Below, one piece after another: positions 61,764 through 64,000 of a stretch of DNA of 64,000 bases. How positions within the stretch are numbered: the first letter of the stretch is position 1; the number at the start of each line of letters is the position of its first letter. The notes under the pieces were generated by a model, which ran no database searches, had not been told where the DNA came from, and worked only from the letters and a program-made list of their open reading frames with translations. Made by a program: the position numbers and the translations under genes. The DNA lies in assembly GCA_965657355.1 (NCBI GenBank), contig CBFHOE010000002.1, positions 160,001 through 224,000 on the forward strand, given 5' to 3'. This stretch comes from Limisphaerales bacterium (GTDB taxonomy: Bacteria; Verrucomicrobiota; Verrucomicrobiia; Limisphaerales; JAJOIW01).

Positions 61764-62186
61764 CTTGCTTGTGGCTCAGGCCCGGCATCCATCTCGCATC
61801 ACAACCTCAACTTCAAACCTTGAATTTATCAAAGTGCCCCGTTTGTGCAGTCGGTCGGGTCACATAAAAACACTTGTGCTCAAAAACGGACTTTGTGGAC
61901 CGTGGACATAGATTTTTAGATAGCACCCGCTGATCACTTAGAGAGAATTTGCACGCTACTGGGCTGCAATGATACCGACCATTATTCTAATTCTCGCCCC
62001 CAATTTTCATAAAACAATGAACGGACCACTTCTTCAGTTGGCCCTGCAAACCTTAAAATTTATACTTAGAAGTGGAGGAACATGTTGAAAAACCTAGCAT
62101 TTTCCTGCTATTCCAAAAACAATTGCTAAGGGCTTAATTAAGTCTATTATTTGCTTTGACTCCAACAATTAAAACCTACAAAAACC

Positions 62187-64000
62187 ATGACAAGATTAAC
62201 ATATTTTTTGAGGAGCATTGGAATATTCACTGCGATGTTGTATTTATGCGCTCCAATTTCTCAGGGCGACATAACCGGACACTGGGAATTCAATGAAGAT
62301 CTGCGTTCCACCATCGGCCAGGACCTTGAGTGGGTCTTATTTGAGGACGCAGAAGGATTGCAGTTCGGCACAACTACCGATCTTGAAATTCCTGACATTG
62401 CAGGAGAAGTGGCTCAGGTTCTGAAGTTTCCTGATACGACAGATGTCTCTGAGTTTGGCGGCATACAAGTTTTTCACGGGGCTCAACCCGAGACCGAAGA
62501 TGACTTTCTCATCAATTCTTACACCATCATCATGGATGTATTATTTCAAGAGGAATCGGATGGTGAAAATAAGAATTTGGTCGTCCAATATTTTAATGAC
62601 AACCCATTAGTTAAGATAAACAACCAAAATAAGCTTGGTGGTAGAAATTTTTTTGGAAATGTATCCGCAGGGGAATGGCACCGATTAGCCATCGTTGTAG
62701 ATCATGGAAATGAGAAAGCAACTTACTATATAAATGGGGGGAAAGTAGGTGAAGAAAATATCGGAGGGAAATCCGATGGATTTGGTTCTCACTCCCTTGA
62801 GGACGATTTTTACCTATTTCAATCAGTCACTATATCCAAAGGCGGATATATTAATAGCTTACAATTTAATGATGAAGCACTTCCTGAATCGGTAATTGAT
62901 GAATTAGGTGGAGCGACGGCTGCAGGTATCCCTGCTGAAGAACCTGTTAAACCATATGTCGTAGCATTTGAACCTCCATCGACTTCCAGACTGAGACCGG
63001 TCCCCAGCGACATCCTTCCTAATGTTGAAATAAAGGCGATTTGGAAAGACGGCCAGGCATCAGCTGAAACGGATTCATTCACGGCAACCATAAATGGCGA
63101 AGAGACCCCAGTTTCGGTTGATAAATCCGGTGAATTAACAACTGTCATGGTCAACTACTCTGGTCTATTGGCGCCCTTAGCAGAATACACTGTTGTCATT
63201 AATGGCAAGGACAGTGAGGGAAATGAATTGGAGCGTGATTGGACTTTTTCAGTAACCGATTACGTCACTCTCGATCCAATTATCTCGAGAAACAGTTCTT
63301 CGGGATTAAAAAAGGGAATATTAACAAGGAGTGCTCAGGCCCCAGAAGAATCTTCCATAGGATCAGACATTCGAAGGGCCATTAATCAGCTAGCTGGCAA
63401 TTTGAAGGATTCCGAGGGCAATACTGTCGGAGATGAAGCAACACCAGGTGAATTAGCTGGCGGGTATACGAAATCTGAGTTTATTGATTTTGAATTAAAT
63501 GGCGACCCATTTGGCAATTTTGAAAATTTCGAAATGTTCCCAGGCATCCCTGGAGAAGGTGGTCACACGACGCTTTTTTCTACCGAAGCCTTAGGGTATC
63601 TGAAGCTTGATCCTGGGTTTTACCAAATGGGGGTGAATGTTCATGTTTCACAACCAGATAAAAATGATAACGATAACTGGCGAATGTATGTGGGCAACCC
63701 AGCCTCAGATCTTTTCTCTGAAGCTATAGGCAATTTTGAATTAACGCTCCAAGGTTTTGTTGCAGGCGCAAATGACACATTATTTGAATTTTTTGTGACA
63801 GAAGAAGGATATTACCCGTTTAGATTGGTTTATTGGAATAAAGGGTCTGGAGCAGGATTAGAACTATTCTCGGTTGACACTGAATCAGGGCAGAAGCGGT
63901 TAATCAATGATCCAGATGACAATTCTGCAATCGAAGCTTATTATGCGATTTCAGATGTTTCCCAACCCTTTGTTATCTCAGCAACCCCGATTCCAGGAAC
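62187..64000 (+). CDS. Large secreted acidic protein with LamG-like and PA14-like domains (3' truncated by window)
   Basis: Hand translation open from ATG 62187 to window end; signal peptide, GHWEFN, YTIIMDV, GEWHRLAIVVD...YINGG, FPGIPG, GYYPFRLVYW...GLELFS. Confidence 0.85.
   Translation, partial: MTRLTYFLRSIGIFTAMLYLCAPISQGDITGHWEFNEDLRSTIGQDLEWVLFEDAEGLQFGTTTDLEIPDIAGEVAQVLKFPDTTDVSEFGGIQVFHGAQPETEDDFLINSYTIIMDVLFQEESDGENKNLVVQYFNDNPLVKINNQNKLGGRNFFGNVSAGEWHRLAIVVDHGNEKATYYINGGKVGEENIGGKSDGFGSHSLEDDFYLFQSVTISKGGYINSLQFNDEALPESVIDELGGATAAGIPAEEPVKPYVVAFEPPSTSRLRPVPSDILPNVEIKAIWKDGQASAETDSFTATINGEETPVSVDKSGELTTVMVNYSGLLAPLAEYTVVINGKDSEGNELERDWTFSVTDYVTLDPIISRNSSSGLKKGILTRSAQAPEESSIGSDIRRAINQLAGNLKDSEGNTVGDEATPGELAGGYTKSEFIDFELNGDPFGNFENFEMFPGIPGEGGHTTLFSTEALGYLKLDPGFYQMGVNVHVSQPDKNDNDNWRMYVGNPASDLFSEAIGNFELTLQGFVAGANDTLFEFFVTEEGYYPFRLVYWNKGSGAGLELFSVDTESGQKRLINDPDDNSAIEAYYAISDVSQPFVISATPIPG

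Noticed and set aside
62819..63154. 111-aa minus-strand ORF
   Set aside because: Antisense to the long plus-strand surface-protein ORF.

Overview
Bacterial chromosome segment, most likely Verrucomicrobiota/PVC (inferred from DUF1549/DUF1553 cytochrome, prepilin/H-X9-DG, DUF3500 and Tat-exported Gfo/Idh/MocA genes, and A-rich starts lacking Shine-Dalgarno sites). Bases 1-38.9 kb look like core genome: sulfatase end, citrate synthase-sucCD, SSS transporter, two-domain PPK2, a translation cluster (rplU-rpmA-obgE-ychF, a DEAD-box-like gene, Uup-like ABC-F), AsmA-like protein, rbsK, carA and pyrC. Between tRNA-Gly(TCC) and tRNA-Phe(GAA) lies an accessory patch: a pseudogene, pectate lyase, esterase, SorAB-like sulfite dehydrogenase and AT-rich orphan ORFs. 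After tRNA-Phe is a GC-richer, apparently intact type I-C cas operon (cas3-5-8c-7-4-1-2, minus strand) with a leader but only ONE repeat and no spacers, flanked by decayed material (ISL3 remnant, HNH-like fragment, DUF4304-like pseudogene). A large LamG/PA14-like secreted protein runs off the right end. Best leads: (1) an intact DeaD-like gene with every helicase motif substituted but the RNA-binding domain kept; (2) the spacer-less I-C locus with a hairpin-rich cas3-cas5 gap and a Cys3-His insert in the Cas3 HD domain; (3) two tandem secretin-core-like paralogs sharing an invariant 23-aa motif. All family calls are by-eye motif recognition; no searches were run.
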